A stretch of 64,000 bases of DNA from Candidatus Dormiibacterota bacterium (GTDB taxonomy: Bacteria; Chloroflexota; Dormibacteria; Aeolococcales; Aeolococcaceae): assembly GCA_003153505.1 (NCBI GenBank), contig PLZA01000074.1, forward strand, positions 35,908 through 99,907, written 5' to 3'. The notes under the pieces were generated by a model. That model did not search any database, was not told the origin of the DNA, and was given only the letters and a program-made list of their open reading frames with translations. Shown here one piece after another: positions 8,967 through 18,763 of the stretch. The position numbers and the translations under genes are program-made. Position 1 is the stretch's first letter. Each line of letters begins with the position of its first letter.

Positions 8967-9935
8967 ATGAGCGCGATCCGATTGTTGGGGGCGGCAACCG
9001 TCACGGCGTTGGCGGCGGCCTGTGCCTCGACCACCGGGGCCACCCCGCCGCTGCGATCGGCCAGCCCATCTCCGGCAGTAGTCGGGGCGACGCCGACCGC
9101 CGTGGCGCATGCCGAGCCGCATGTCATGGTGATCGTCGAGGAGAATCGCGGTGACGCCGCGACACTCGGGTCCTGCTCTGCCGACCCATATCTGTGCTCG
9201 CTCGCGACCGCCTACGCATCGCTCACCTCGTGGTATGCGATCACCCATCCCAGCGCGCCGAACTATCTCGCGCTCGACAGCGGCGGGACGCAGGGAGTCA
9301 ACTCCGACTGCACGCCGGACGGCGGGGGGTGCGGACCCTTTCCGGGGCGTGATCTGGGCGGCGAACTGTCAGAGGCCGGCATCCCATGGGTCGCATATAT
9401 GGAGAGCATGCCGTCCGCCTGCGACCGAGTCGGCAGTGCCGGGGACTATGCGCAAAAACACAATCCCTTCATGTACTTCAGCGCTAACCGCGGCGCGGCG
9501 TGCGCCGCCCACGTGCGGCCGTATCCCGGGGCGTCTGCGATGTCGGCCGTCCTTGACTCCGGGACACCGCCCGACTTCGTGTGGATCACACCGAACCTTG
9601 CGCACGACATGCACGACGGCAGCGTGACCGAGGGCGATTGGTGGCTGCGGGCGAACCTTCCGGCGGTGCTCGCATCCGCCTGGTTCGCCGCTCACGGCAC
9701 CGTGATCATCACGATGGACGAGAACGACGCCTCGCCGTCGGGTACGTGTTGCGGCAATGCCGCGGGCGGCCGGGTCCCGATGCTCGTGATCTCCGCGAAT
9801 GCGCGTGGCCGGGGGGCGATCGCCACTCGCGGCGACCACTACGGCACGCTGCGCACCATCGAATCTGCGTTCGGGTTGCCACTCCTCGGCAATGCCGCGT
9901 CGGCTGCGGCCGACCTGAGCGGACTGCTCGGATGA
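8967..9935 (+). CDS. Secreted/lipoprotein phosphoesterase-family protein (phospholipase C / acid phosphatase AcpA-like)
   Basis: Signal peptide with a lipobox-like LAAACAS. Phosphoesterase-family blocks HVMVIVEENR, HPSAPNYLAL, QKHNPFMYF, ITPNLAHDMHDG. Confidence 0.75.
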   Translation: MSAIRLLGAATVTALAAACASTTGATPPLRSASPSPAVVGATPTAVAHAEPHVMVIVEENRGDAATLGSCSADPYLCSLATAYASLTSWYAITHPSAPNYLALDSGGTQGVNSDCTPDGGGCGPFPGRDLGGELSEAGIPWVAYMESMPSACDRVGSAGDYAQKHNPFMYFSANRGAACAAHVRPYPGASAMSAVLDSGTPPDFVWITPNLAHDMHDGSVTEGDWWLRANLPAVLASAWFAAHGTVIITMDENDASPSGTCCGNAAGGRVPMLVISANARGRGAIATRGDHYGTLRTIESAFGLPLLGNAASAAADLSGLLG

Positions 9936-9959
9936 CGCGGGCGGCGGCCATCCGTTGGC

Positions 9960-11369
9960 TCAGCCGTCGACGAACAACCCCTTGAGCGGTCCCAGGAGTC
10001 GCGCGGAACGCCGCGACACCGCGGGCAAGGGTCGAAGCGGTGTCTGATATGGCGGCAGCGCCGCCAGCGACTCGCGCCATGCCGTCTCGATGACCTCGAG
10101 GGGATCGACGCCGCGACAGTCACGATTGAGGTGCTCGCTCCACAGCTGCTCGCGAACACTGCGTGCGAGGATCGAGTCGTCGGTGACGACGTTGACTTCG
10201 GTGTCGTTGAAGAACGAATGCTCGTTGAGATTCGCCGACCCCACCGTCAGCCAGGAATCGTCGACGATCCCGATCTTCGCATGCACATACACCGGCGGTC
10301 GCTGACGGCCGGCGGGCCCAACTGTCCCAACCAGGAGGCGATGACGGTGATCGGCAGCCTGCAGGAATCCGAGCTGTCCCCGCGTGTCGTCGTTGCCGTT
10401 GTTGGGATGCCTCGGGAGAACGATGCAGAGACGAAAATCGTCACCCGGTGGCTCCAGCAGCTTCTCGCGGAGGACCGCAACCACCTCCCGACTCCAGAGG
10501 AATTGATTCTCGAGATAGATGAGGCGGCGGGCGCCTCGCAGCGCGCCGATGTAGGTCTCGAGGATGCTGAAGTCGCCGCGTGGCATCGCTTTGTAGGTTC
10601 CTTCCGGCACGGTGCGGATCACCTGGACCCTGCTGTGGCCGGCCTCCGCGGGCGCGTCCACACGGGGGAGGTGCTCTCCGGTCGTGGTCTCCCAGCGCAT
10701 CGCGAAATGGGACCAGACATCCGCAACCGCGGGACCTGCGAGTTGTGCTGCCGCGTCATGCCACCCGAGCGTGCTGCTTCGGTTGTGGGGGGACCCGTCG
10801 AGACGATCACCCGCGAGAGCGGTCAGATCGATGCCACCGACGAATGCCACGGTGCCGTCGACGATGACCAGCTTCTCGTGATGGCAGTGCATCGGACGGT
10901 TGCGTGGATCGAGGGCACCCTGAATCCGGGTGTTGCGAACGAGCCGATCCATGAGTTCGCGTGCTCTCGCGCGCGAGGGCTGCATGATCGGCAGCGGCGC
11001 CCCGGCCCACACGAGGACGCGGACGTCGACCCGCTGCGCCGCTTCAGCGAGGAGGTCGCGCACCGTTACGACCGAGGGGTCGCGCTCGACAGCGAATCCA
11101 GGGTCGACCGTCCAACCGGCGACGTGCACGAACGAACGGGCGCCACGCACGGCTGCCGCGATCGACGGCAGCGCCGCCAGGCCGTCGATATGGACCTCGA
11201 GGCTGTTGCCGCTGCGCGGTGGCGGATCCTCTGCCCAGACGTTGGCCGACCCACGCAGCGCGCGGTCCCAGCCGAGGCGCCCAAGGCGACGGATGTGGTG
11301 GCGCGACGCGGCGTTCTCGATGAGATCGCCGACGCGCGCGTCGACACGGTTGGCGATCTCGGGGATCAC
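9960..11369 (-). CDS. Phospholipase D / cardiolipin synthase-family protein (two HKD motifs)
   Basis: HKD motifs HCHHEKLVIVDGTVAFVGGIDL and VYVHAKIGIVDDSWLTVGSANLNEHS. The stop is firm. The start is uncertain: the track ORF runs to TTG 11519, and GTG 11369 is preferred because GAGG lies 5 nt upstream. Confidence 0.85.
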   Translation of the reverse strand: MIPEIANRVDARVGDLIENAASRHHIRRLGRLGWDRALRGSANVWAEDPPPRSGNSLEVHIDGLAALPSIAAAVRGARSFVHVAGWTVDPGFAVERDPSVVTVRDLLAEAAQRVDVRVLVWAGAPLPIMQPSRARARELMDRLVRNTRIQGALDPRNRPMHCHHEKLVIVDGTVAFVGGIDLTALAGDRLDGSPHNRSSTLGWHDAAAQLAGPAVADVWSHFAMRWETTTGEHLPRVDAPAEAGHSRVQVIRTVPEGTYKAMPRGDFSILETYIGALRGARRLIYLENQFLWSREVVAVLREKLLEPPGDDFRLCIVLPRHPNNGNDDTRGQLGFLQAADHRHRLLVGTVGPAGRQRPPVYVHAKIGIVDDSWLTVGSANLNEHSFFNDTEVNVVTDDSILARSVREQLWSEHLNRDCRGVDPLEVIETAWRESLAALPPYQTPLRPLPAVSRRSARLLGPLKGLFVDG

Positions 11370-11507
11370 CGACACCTCGACGCGGGGGCAGGCTCCACGT
11401 GGAGATGGTCGCGCATCGGTCCCGGTCTCGGTCCGATCGTGGAGATGACCCGATAGGTGCGCTTGCGCACAGAACATTTCGCGGCGCAGGCGCATGCTGG
11501 GGGTTCT

Positions 11508-12386
11508 GTGACCGGTCAACCCGCTGTTTTCAAGGCGTCGCGGCGCTTAGTCGTCATCGCGTGTGCCTCGGGATTCGCCCTCGGGGCCTTCCCGGCGGTC
11601 GCAGCCGCTTCCGTGGCGCAGCCGCGCCTGCTCTCAGCGGGCAACTTCACCGTGATGGCCGCGTCTGCGATCACCAACACGGGTTCCACCACGATCACGG
11701 GCAACCTGGCGATCAGTCCGAAGACCGCCTCGTCGGTGACCGGATTCCCTCCCGGCGTCGTCACCGGCGCGAGGGATGAGAACAACGCGGTCGCGATCCG
11801 GGCACACACCGATTTGGTCACCACCTACAACGATGCCGCTCACGCCACGCCCTTCAAGAACATGTCAGGCGTGAACCTGGGGGGCAAGACCCTCACCCCC
11901 GGTGTCTATCACTTCAGCTCGTCGGCACAGCTCACCGGCACGTTGATTCTCAACGGCGAGGGTCGTTCGAACTCGATCTTCATCTTCCAGATCGGCTCGG
12001 CGCTGACCACGGCGAGCCGCTCCCGGGTGGTTCTCAGCAACCGAGCAAGCTCGTGCAACGTGTTCTGGCAGGTGACCAGCTCGGCGACCCTCGGAACAGC
12101 CACCTCATTCCAGGGGAACCTGATCGCGCTCACCAGCATCACCCTGACGACGGGGGCCACGATCGGCGTCGGTGGTGGCGCCAACGGCGGGCGCGCCCTG
12201 GCAAGGAACGGTGCTCTGACCCTCGACAGCAACCAGATCCGACCACCCACGGGGGTCTGCACGACCGCATCCGAGACGCCGACCCCATCAACTGGGGCGG
12301 GACCGATTGCGGCAGCGCCGTGGCTGCTCGGTACGGGCGCGCTGCTCGTCGTTGCAGCGATCGTTGGCCGGCGCCGGTCGAGGTAG
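11508..12386 (+). CDS. DUF3494 / ice-binding-like beta-solenoid surface protein with a C-terminal sorting-signal-like tail
   Basis: Signal peptide (KASRRLVVIACASGFALGAFPAVAAAS). DUF3494-type blocks (AITNTGSTTITGNLAISP, LTPGVYHFSSSAQLTGTLILNG, NVFWQVTSSATLGT). The tail is TPSTG plus a 23-aa hydrophobic stretch plus GRRRSR. The start is taken at GTG 11508; the track gives 11457. Confidence 0.8.
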   Translation: MTGQPAVFKASRRLVVIACASGFALGAFPAVAAASVAQPRLLSAGNFTVMAASAITNTGSTTITGNLAISPKTASSVTGFPPGVVTGARDENNAVAIRAHTDLVTTYNDAAHATPFKNMSGVNLGGKTLTPGVYHFSSSAQLTGTLILNGEGRSNSIFIFQIGSALTTASRSRVVLSNRASSCNVFWQVTSSATLGTATSFQGNLIALTSITLTTGATIGVGGGANGGRALARNGALTLDSNQIRPPTGVCTTASETPTPSTGAGPIAAAPWLLGTGALLVVAAIVGRRRSR

Positions 12387-12467
12387 TCGCCCTCCTTTAC
12401 CCGGAATTAACGATCGCGCGATCAGAGTGTGTGTCTGCTGATCGGACGACCTAGAGGACGGGAAAGC

Positions 12468-13547
12468 ATGACCAAGCAAGTGCATCGTCGCTGGATCATC
12501 GCTGGGGCCGTGGCGGCCCTCGGACTTTCTGCGGAGCTCGCAGCGGCGCCCGCTGCCGCCTCCACAGCCGGCACCGACGCGCAGTTGTCAGTTCGCGTCT
12601 TTGCCAGTGGCAATGCCACCATGTTCCAGCCCGACGACATCACATGGTTGGACAGCACGGTGTACGTGGTATGGCAAAACGGCGTCGGGCCGAGTGGCCA
12701 GCCGAGCGCCACAGGAGTGACGACCAGCACCGTCGTCGGCTACAGCCTCACCGGACACCGCGTGGCGACATGGAAGGTGAAGGGTCATGCCGATGGTCTC
12801 ACCGCTGACGCGGCGAGCCATCGGCTCATCGTTACGGTCAACGAGGACGGTAACGCGAGCCTGTTCACGATCTCCCCGCTCGCACCCGTCGCCGACCAGG
12901 AGCAGCACTACGAGTTCAATCTGAACCCCCTCCCGCACGGAGGCGGCACCGACGCCGTGTCCGTCTATCACGGCGACATCCTGATCAGTGCTTCGGCACC
13001 GACGGTCGCCAACGGGCCAGCCGTCTATCGAGCGGTCCTGGAGCCCCATGGCGTTGCGGTGCTCCAGCCGGTGTTCTTCGACAACAGCACAGCCACTGTC
13101 GCCAACATCCGCAGCGGTGTCGCGGGTCGCCAGGTCGCTCTTGCGTTGACCGACCCGGACTCCAACGAGGTCGTCCCCGCGAGCAGTCCCCGATTCGCCG
13201 GTGACTTCGTGCTCGACAGCCAGGGTGACCAGGAGCAGATCTATGTCAGCGGGGCAACTGGCACAGGCCCGCATTTGTGGGTGCTCGCTCTGACCCAATC
13301 GATTGATGACACCGCATGGACGACCGACGCCGGTGGGACGTTGCTTGTCACCGACGGGGTGGACAATGAGATCTTCGCGGTGTCAGGCGACTTCATCCCC
13401 GGAACTGCGTATGTTGCCGTGACCCCCGCCGACGCCAACAACCCGGTCAACCGACCGAATTATCTCGGTCGACTGGATCTCCGCACTGGTGACGTCTCGC
13501 AGGCTGTGACAACCATCCAGGCGAAGGGTCTGCTGTTCATCCCTTGA
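12468..13547 (+). CDS. Secreted hypothetical protein (beta-rich, possibly propeller-like)
   Basis: Track ORF trimmed to ATG 12468 (MTKQVHRRWIIAGAVAALGLSAELAAAPAAAS signal peptide). Coding-like codon bias. I recognise no family. Confidence 0.7.
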   Translation: MTKQVHRRWIIAGAVAALGLSAELAAAPAAASTAGTDAQLSVRVFASGNATMFQPDDITWLDSTVYVVWQNGVGPSGQPSATGVTTSTVVGYSLTGHRVATWKVKGHADGLTADAASHRLIVTVNEDGNASLFTISPLAPVADQEQHYEFNLNPLPHGGGTDAVSVYHGDILISASAPTVANGPAVYRAVLEPHGVAVLQPVFFDNSTATVANIRSGVAGRQVALALTDPDSNEVVPASSPRFAGDFVLDSQGDQEQIYVSGATGTGPHLWVLALTQSIDDTAWTTDAGGTLLVTDGVDNEIFAVSGDFIPGTAYVAVTPADANNPVNRPNYLGRLDLRTGDVSQAVTTIQAKGLLFIP

Positions 13548-13601
13548 CGTCCGGACCCCACCCAGCTCAGCCCGGCGGTGGGAGCTCGCTGAACGATGGC
13601 A

Positions 13602-13775
13602 TCAGGCGACTCCGTATCTCCGCAGCGAGCTGCGCTCCGGCCACGCTTCATCGACAACCCGAACCGCGCGCACCGCGCTCATTGGGACACGCCCGTCCGG
13701 GTGGATTGCTTCGAACTTCTCGACGTCGGACATCCTGACCACCAAGTCACTGCCATCGACGATCAGGGCCGCCAC
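13602..13775 (-). CDS. 57-codon ORF, possible small protein or gene remnant
   Basis: Below the track cutoff. GTG start at 13775 and TGA stop (complement of 13602-13604). Product: VAALIVDGSDLVVRMSDVEKFEAIHPDGRVPMSAVRAVRVVDEAWPERSSLRRYGVA. Third-position G+C looks coding-like. It lies in an otherwise empty 330-nt gap. Confidence 0.3.
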   Translation of the reverse strand: MAALIVDGSDLVVRMSDVEKFEAIHPDGRVPMSAVRAVRVVDEAWPERSSLRRYGVA

Positions 13776-13881
13776 GCTCGGATCTTACGACGGGCACCCG
13801 CGTCTTCCCACATTTCTGGGATGGCACCGGTGTCGGCCTCGGCGCATCCTCGGGTCAAACAACCGACAAGGAGGAACGAGC

Positions 13882-14178
13882 ATGTTTGCCAGAACATCAA
13901 CGTGGGGTGGAACTCCTGACGCGATAGCCAGGTGGGCTGCATCTGTCGAGACCGTCCGTCCGTTTGTCGCCAGTCTCGAGGGAAATGCCGGCGCATTCTT
14001 TCTGGTCGACGCCCAGGGTCAGCGGGCACTGACCTTGACTCTCTGGAGCAGCGAGGACGCGGCATTGGCGAGTGATGCGTCGGCGGATCAGAGCCGCGCC
14101 AGGACCATCGCCGCCACCGGAGTCGAACTCCTGGAACGAGGCCAGTATGAGGTGGTGGCCGGCCCCACGCAGCCCTGA
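13882..14178 (+). CDS. Small dimeric alpha-beta barrel (ABM/antibiotic-biosynthesis-monooxygenase-like) protein
   Basis: AAGGAGG at 13869-13875 precedes the ATG. 98 aa, of a size and pattern typical of ABM-fold proteins. The family assignment is tentative. Confidence 0.6.
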   Translation: MFARTSTWGGTPDAIARWAASVETVRPFVASLEGNAGAFFLVDAQGQRALTLTLWSSEDAALASDASADQSRARTIAATGVELLERGQYEVVAGPTQP

Positions 14179-14237
14179 GCAGTGCTCCGGGATGGGACCT
14201 GTATAGTCAAAACTCCGAGGCCGAAGGAGAGCACGCG

Positions 14238-15344
14238 ATGACCGGCGACATCATGCGCCGCGACGCGACTCAATCGATCATCGAAGTCTGTCAGCTGGGT
14301 CTCGACCCGGAGGCGCTCCGCACCCGACTCCTGCCCCTGCTCCGACGCGCCGTGCCCGCGGATGCAGTCTGGTGGGCGACATCGGACCCGGCGACACTGC
14401 TGTTCACCGGGACATACCAGGACCAGATCCCGACGTCGACAAAGTCATATTTCGTGCACAACGAGTTCCTCACCGACGATGTCAACAAGTGGACCGACGT
14501 CGCGCGTCACAAGGACGGTGTCAGAACCCTCCGTGAGGCCACTGGCGGATTGATGTCGCGCAGCGCGCGCTACGCGGAGATCTTCGAGCCGCTCGGCTTC
14601 GGTGACGAGCTGCGTGCGGTGTTCCGGATACACGGAGCGTCGTGGGGATTCGTGTGCCTTCACCGCGAAGGGCGAAGGCCGTTCCTGCACGAGGACGTGC
14701 AGTTCATGAAGCGAGTCGCGCCGCACGTTGCGCTTGGGCTTCGAGCCGGTCTCGTCGTCGCCGCCGTCGACAACGCCCATGTCGGCGACGCCCCCGGCGT
14801 TGTCCTGCTCAGCTCGGAGCTCGCGGTCACCGGCTGGACTCCGGCGGCCGAACCGTGGCTTGCGGAGTTGGGGTACTCGGGTGATGCGGACGCGCAGATC
14901 CCGACGGAGTTGCTTGCGGTGGCGGCCCGGCTGCGTGGCCGCGATGATCCGAACGCGGGGATTCCCCGTCTCCGCATTCGTACTCGGAATGGGCGTTGGG
15001 CCGTCCTCCACGCCTCACGTCTCCCGACCAGAGATGGGGATGCCATCGCTGTCATCATCGACAACGCAGGCGCCGCGGAGGTGGCCCCGATCATCATGCT
15101 GGCATATGGGCTTTCCGCGCAGGAGCGTACGATCACCGGGATGGTGTGCCAGGGGATGTCCACGCTGGAGATCGCCGCCCAGGCGAGGATCTCCTCGAAC
15201 ACCGTGCAGGATCACCTGAAGTCCGTCTTCGACAAGGTTGGCGTTCGGAGTCGGCGGGAACTTGTGGTTCAGATCCTTCGCGATCACTATGTGCCCCATG
15301 CGCAAACCCGACGCGAGGTCGGTCCGACCGGATTCTTCGCCTGA
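14238..15344 (+). CDS. LuxR-family transcriptional regulator with an N-terminal GAF-like sensor domain
   Basis: C-terminal HTH LSAQERTITGMVCQGMSTLEIAAQARISSNTVQDHLKSVFDKVGVRSRRELV. AAGGAG upstream of the ATG. Confidence 0.85.
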   Translation: MTGDIMRRDATQSIIEVCQLGLDPEALRTRLLPLLRRAVPADAVWWATSDPATLLFTGTYQDQIPTSTKSYFVHNEFLTDDVNKWTDVARHKDGVRTLREATGGLMSRSARYAEIFEPLGFGDELRAVFRIHGASWGFVCLHREGRRPFLHEDVQFMKRVAPHVALGLRAGLVVAAVDNAHVGDAPGVVLLSSELAVTGWTPAAEPWLAELGYSGDADAQIPTELLAVAARLRGRDDPNAGIPRLRIRTRNGRWAVLHASRLPTRDGDAIAVIIDNAGAAEVAPIIMLAYGLSAQERTITGMVCQGMSTLEIAAQARISSNTVQDHLKSVFDKVGVRSRRELVVQILRDHYVPHAQTRREVGPTGFFA

Positions 15345-15348
15345 CCGC

Positions 15349-16308
15349 GTGCGGCTGGGACGCGACGGCCCATGGGTCAGCCGCATCGGTATCGGGCTCG
15401 CGGCGATCGGCCGGCCCGCGTACATCACGACCAATCGCGCCGGCGATCTCGGCACCGACCGTTCTCGGGACGCATTTCGCACACGCACCTGGCAGGTGCT
15501 CGACGCCGCGTATGCGCACGGCGTCCGCTATGTCGATGTGGCGCGCTCCTACGGATCGGCGGAGGAGTTCCTCGGTGGCTGGATCGCGAATCGGGGCGGC
15601 GCCGGCGACGTTGTCGTCGGATCGAAGTGGGGATACGCCTACGTCGCTGGGTGGGACCCGACCGCGGCGGTGCAGGAGGTCAAGGAACTTTCGCTCGCGA
15701 CCTTCGAGCGACAGTACCGCGAGACGCGCGCGCTGCTCGGTCATCATCTCCAGCTCTATCAGGTGCACTCGCTCACGATCGAGTCAGGGGTCCTGGATGA
15801 TCGGCCTCTGCTCGACGCGCTCGCGCAGCGCCGCAGCGAGGGCCTGATGCTCGGGATCACGACGACGGGTCCGAACCAGGCCGCGACGATCCGCCGCGCG
15901 CTCGACGCCCGGGTTGACGGGGTGCCGCTCTTCTGCTCGGTGCAGGCCACCTGGAATCTGCTGGAGCCGTCGGCAGGGCCGGCATTGCGGGAGGCGGCTG
16001 CCTCCGGATGGGCGGTCATCGTGAAGGAGGCCGTGGCCAACGGACGGCTCACCCGGGCCGGCGATGCGGGGGGGACTGAGAGCCCGCTCGGACGGGCAGC
16101 TGCTGCGACTGGCGTGGAGCCGGATGCGCTGGCGATCGCTGCTGCACTCGCCCAGCCATGGGTCTCGGTGGTCCTGAGCGGTGCCGCCACCGTCGACCAG
16201 CTGATGGGCAATCTCGGCTCGCTCGACATCGCCTCGCCGGATCCGCCCGAGATCGCCGAGCCACCCGTTGACTACTGGGCCGCGAGATCGGCGCGACCCT
16301 GGACCTGA
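15349..16308 (+). CDS. Aldo/keto reductase
   Basis: AKR pattern VRLGRDGPWVSRIGIGLAAIG...YVDVARSYGSAEEFLG...GSKWGY. GTG 15349 lies 5 nt after the LuxR stop. The track ORF starts earlier (15238), inside luxR. Confidence 0.8.
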   Translation: MRLGRDGPWVSRIGIGLAAIGRPAYITTNRAGDLGTDRSRDAFRTRTWQVLDAAYAHGVRYVDVARSYGSAEEFLGGWIANRGGAGDVVVGSKWGYAYVAGWDPTAAVQEVKELSLATFERQYRETRALLGHHLQLYQVHSLTIESGVLDDRPLLDALAQRRSEGLMLGITTTGPNQAATIRRALDARVDGVPLFCSVQATWNLLEPSAGPALREAAASGWAVIVKEAVANGRLTRAGDAGGTESPLGRAAAATGVEPDALAIAAALAQPWVSVVLSGAATVDQLMGNLGSLDIASPDPPEIAEPPVDYWAARSARPWT

Positions 16309-16318
16309 GCCGCGTCGC

Positions 16319-17224
16319 CTATTGCTGCTGTTGTTGCTGCCAGTGGACCGCCGCGTGATGTTCGACGCGGTCGACCTGCTGGTTGGACATTCGCGCGATT
16401 CGCACGGTGACCTCAGGCGACGCGCCCGTCGCGGCGCCGAAGAAGAGGCCGTGGTGGGGTGCGACGTCACCATAGTCACGGCCGACTGCCAGGCGGAGGT
16501 GGTGTGCCCCGACGTGCTGTCCGAGCGTCGGGTCGAGCCCGAGCCAGCGACCGTCGGCGCCGCACACCTCGACCCACGCGTGCGACTGTCCCTCAACCAC
16601 CTTCTCCTCGTCGACCGGTCCGAGGTAGCCGCTCACGTAGCGCGCCGGCCAGCCGGCCCCGCGGACCATCGCCAGGAAGAGGTGCGTGAAGTCCTGGCAC
16701 ACCCCGGCGCCTCCTGCGAGCAGGTCGTCGATGCTCGATTCAACCGTGGTCGCTCCACTCACGTAGCGCAGCTCGCGCGGGATCCGCTGTGCAGTTGCGA
16801 GCACGCTGTCGAAGCTCGTGTCATCGCCATTCCACTCGTGCCAGAGCGTCCGCGTGTTGTCCTCGAGGGGTACTCGCGGGCTGGGGAGGACGAACTCGAG
16901 ACGCGGGTCGCCCGCAAGAGCGTCCTGCTCCCATTCAGCGAGGCGGCGGCGGCGGGGTTCGGTGTTCTCGACGACCGCGTCGACGGTGAACTCGAGCAGG
17001 TCGTGCGGGATCGTGACGTCGAGGCGATGCACGAAATTGCCGAAGTAGTCGACCCGGCTGCGGGGAACCGCCCACGGGTTGCTGAGCAGCGAGAACGCCA
17101 GCGTGCGCTGTGATCCGCGATCGCGGGGGCGCATGCGCACCTCGTTGTACGAGAGCGTCACCTTCGCCGAATAACCAAGGACCGTGCGATGCGACACGGA
17201 GTAGGTCAGCGTGTCAGAACCCAT
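16319..17224 (-). CDS. Transglutaminase-like cysteine protease family protein with a Bact_transglu_N-type N-domain
   Basis: Track ORF trimmed to ATG 17224 (MGSDTLTYSVSHRT). Core motifs GVCQDFTHLFLAMVRGAGWPARYVSGY, SHAWVEV, GLDPT. It ends in HWQQQQQQ. It overlaps the upstream ATP-grasp gene by 19 nt. Confidence 0.85.
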   Translation of the reverse strand: MGSDTLTYSVSHRTVLGYSAKVTLSYNEVRMRPRDRGSQRTLAFSLLSNPWAVPRSRVDYFGNFVHRLDVTIPHDLLEFTVDAVVENTEPRRRRLAEWEQDALAGDPRLEFVLPSPRVPLEDNTRTLWHEWNGDDTSFDSVLATAQRIPRELRYVSGATTVESSIDDLLAGGAGVCQDFTHLFLAMVRGAGWPARYVSGYLGPVDEEKVVEGQSHAWVEVCGADGRWLGLDPTLGQHVGAHHLRLAVGRDYGDVAPHHGLFFGAATGASPEVTVRIARMSNQQVDRVEHHAAVHWQQQQQQ

Positions 17225-18651
17225 GTGTCCTTGCTCCCGCCCCCCTGGGACGAGTTCACCACGAGTTCGTCTGGGTCGCCGGCAACGCGCGTCAGCCCGC
17301 CGGGCACGATCCAGGGCCGCTCGTCGAGGAGCACGAAGGGGCGAAGATCGACCGCACGGGGCTCGAATCCGCCACCCGCTCGAAGGCACACGGCGCGACT
17401 GAGCGCCACCTCCTCCTGGGCCAGCCACTGCCGTGGATTGGCCATGACACGATCGAGGAACTCTGCACGATCGGGAGAGGACATGAGCCGTCCGAAGTGG
17501 AGCCCGTAGCCACCGCTGGCGTCCACGGGCTTCAGCACCATGCTGCCGATGTTGGTCACAACGTGGGCTCGCTGACGCTCATCGGTGAGATCGTACGTGG
17601 GCACATTATCCATGAGCGGTTCCTCGCCGAGGTAGTAGCGAATCATCGCGGGGACGTATGGGTAGATGACCTTGTCGTCGGCGACCCCCGTCCCTGGCGC
17701 GTTGGCGATGGCGACGTTGCCGCGGCGCCACGCCTCGATGAGTCCCGGCGCGCCGAGCATCGAGTCTCGCCGGAACACGAGCGGGTCGAGCCACTCGCTG
17801 TTCACGCGTGAATAGATCACGTCGACGTGCTGGGCGACGCCTTCGGAGTCTCGACGGTAGACCTCGTCCTCGACCACGATGAGCTCGTGCCCTTCCACGA
17901 GTGTTGCGTTCATCTCGTCGGCGAGGAGCCGGTGCTCGTAGTACGCGGCGTTGTACGCACCTGGCGTGAGTACGACGATATCCGCGTCCCATTGCCGCGG
18001 TGCGATCCGTTGCAGGATGCGGCGCAGCCGGCCCGTGTAACCGTGGATGGGCCGTACCGGGGCGAGCTCGAACCAGTCGGGCGCCAGGGATTCCATCGCC
18101 CGACGGGACTCGAGCGCGTAGGCGATGCCACTGGGGATGCGCACGTTGTCCTCAAGCACGTGGAACGTCCCCTTGACGCGCACGACGTCAATGCCCGAGA
18201 CGTGACACCAGGTTGCCCTGGGTGGACGGATGCCGACGATGTCGCGGAGATACCCCGTGCTGCTGTACACGAGCCGCCCGGGCACCACCCCGTGGCGGAT
18301 CGCCCGCTGAGCCCCGTAGCAGTCGGAGACGAAGTGATCGAGTGCCATGGCACGCTGCGAGAGCGCGCGGCTCAGGGACCGCCATTCGCCCGCCGAGAGG
18401 ACCCGCGGCACCGGGTCGAACGGAAATATCGGCGCGACCCCCTCAGTGGGGACCCCGAACGTGACTCCGCGATCCGCGAACCACTGCTGAGCGTCGCGCC
18501 GGACCTGAGGCAGGGTCGCGGCGGCGCGCTCGATGGTCGCCAGCAACTCGGCGTACGGAGCCCGAACGGCGCCGTCGAGGTCGACACATTCATCGGCGGC
18601 GCGAGGCAAACGAGAGGCGACGCCCCGGGCGGTACCGGCCTCGGTTGTCAT
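17206..18651 (-). CDS. Circularly permuted type-2 ATP-grasp protein (DUF404/DUF407 family)
   Basis: 481 aa, with a typical N-terminus (YAELLATIE...WFADRGVTFG) and an overall pattern recognisable as the CP ATP-grasp family usually found with alpha-E and transglutaminase genes. Confidence 0.8.
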   Translation of the reverse strand: MTTEAGTARGVASRLPRAADECVDLDGAVRAPYAELLATIERAAATLPQVRRDAQQWFADRGVTFGVPTEGVAPIFPFDPVPRVLSAGEWRSLSRALSQRAMALDHFVSDCYGAQRAIRHGVVPGRLVYSSTGYLRDIVGIRPPRATWCHVSGIDVVRVKGTFHVLEDNVRIPSGIAYALESRRAMESLAPDWFELAPVRPIHGYTGRLRRILQRIAPRQWDADIVVLTPGAYNAAYYEHRLLADEMNATLVEGHELIVVEDEVYRRDSEGVAQHVDVIYSRVNSEWLDPLVFRRDSMLGAPGLIEAWRRGNVAIANAPGTGVADDKVIYPYVPAMIRYYLGEEPLMDNVPTYDLTDERQRAHVVTNIGSMVLKPVDASGGYGLHFGRLMSSPDRAEFLDRVMANPRQWLAQEEVALSRAVCLRAGGGFEPRAVDLRPFVLLDERPWIVPGGLTRVAGDPDELVVNSSQGGGSKDTWVLTR

Positions 18652-18763
18652 CCATGGACAGTACTCCCCGCATCCGCCACATCGTCATTGGTCACCGTGC
18701 ACAAGCCGTCGAGCCGCCGATTGTGCAGCCAGGGCGGTTCACACGCGTCGATTCGGCGGTACA

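Noticed and set aside
16319-16345. CAG/CAA run encoding the C-terminal QQQQQQ of TGase-1, as a possible slippage-prone repeat
   Set aside because: There are only six codons with mixed CAA/CAG, too short and impure to call a contingency repeat. It is mentioned only within the cluster finding.
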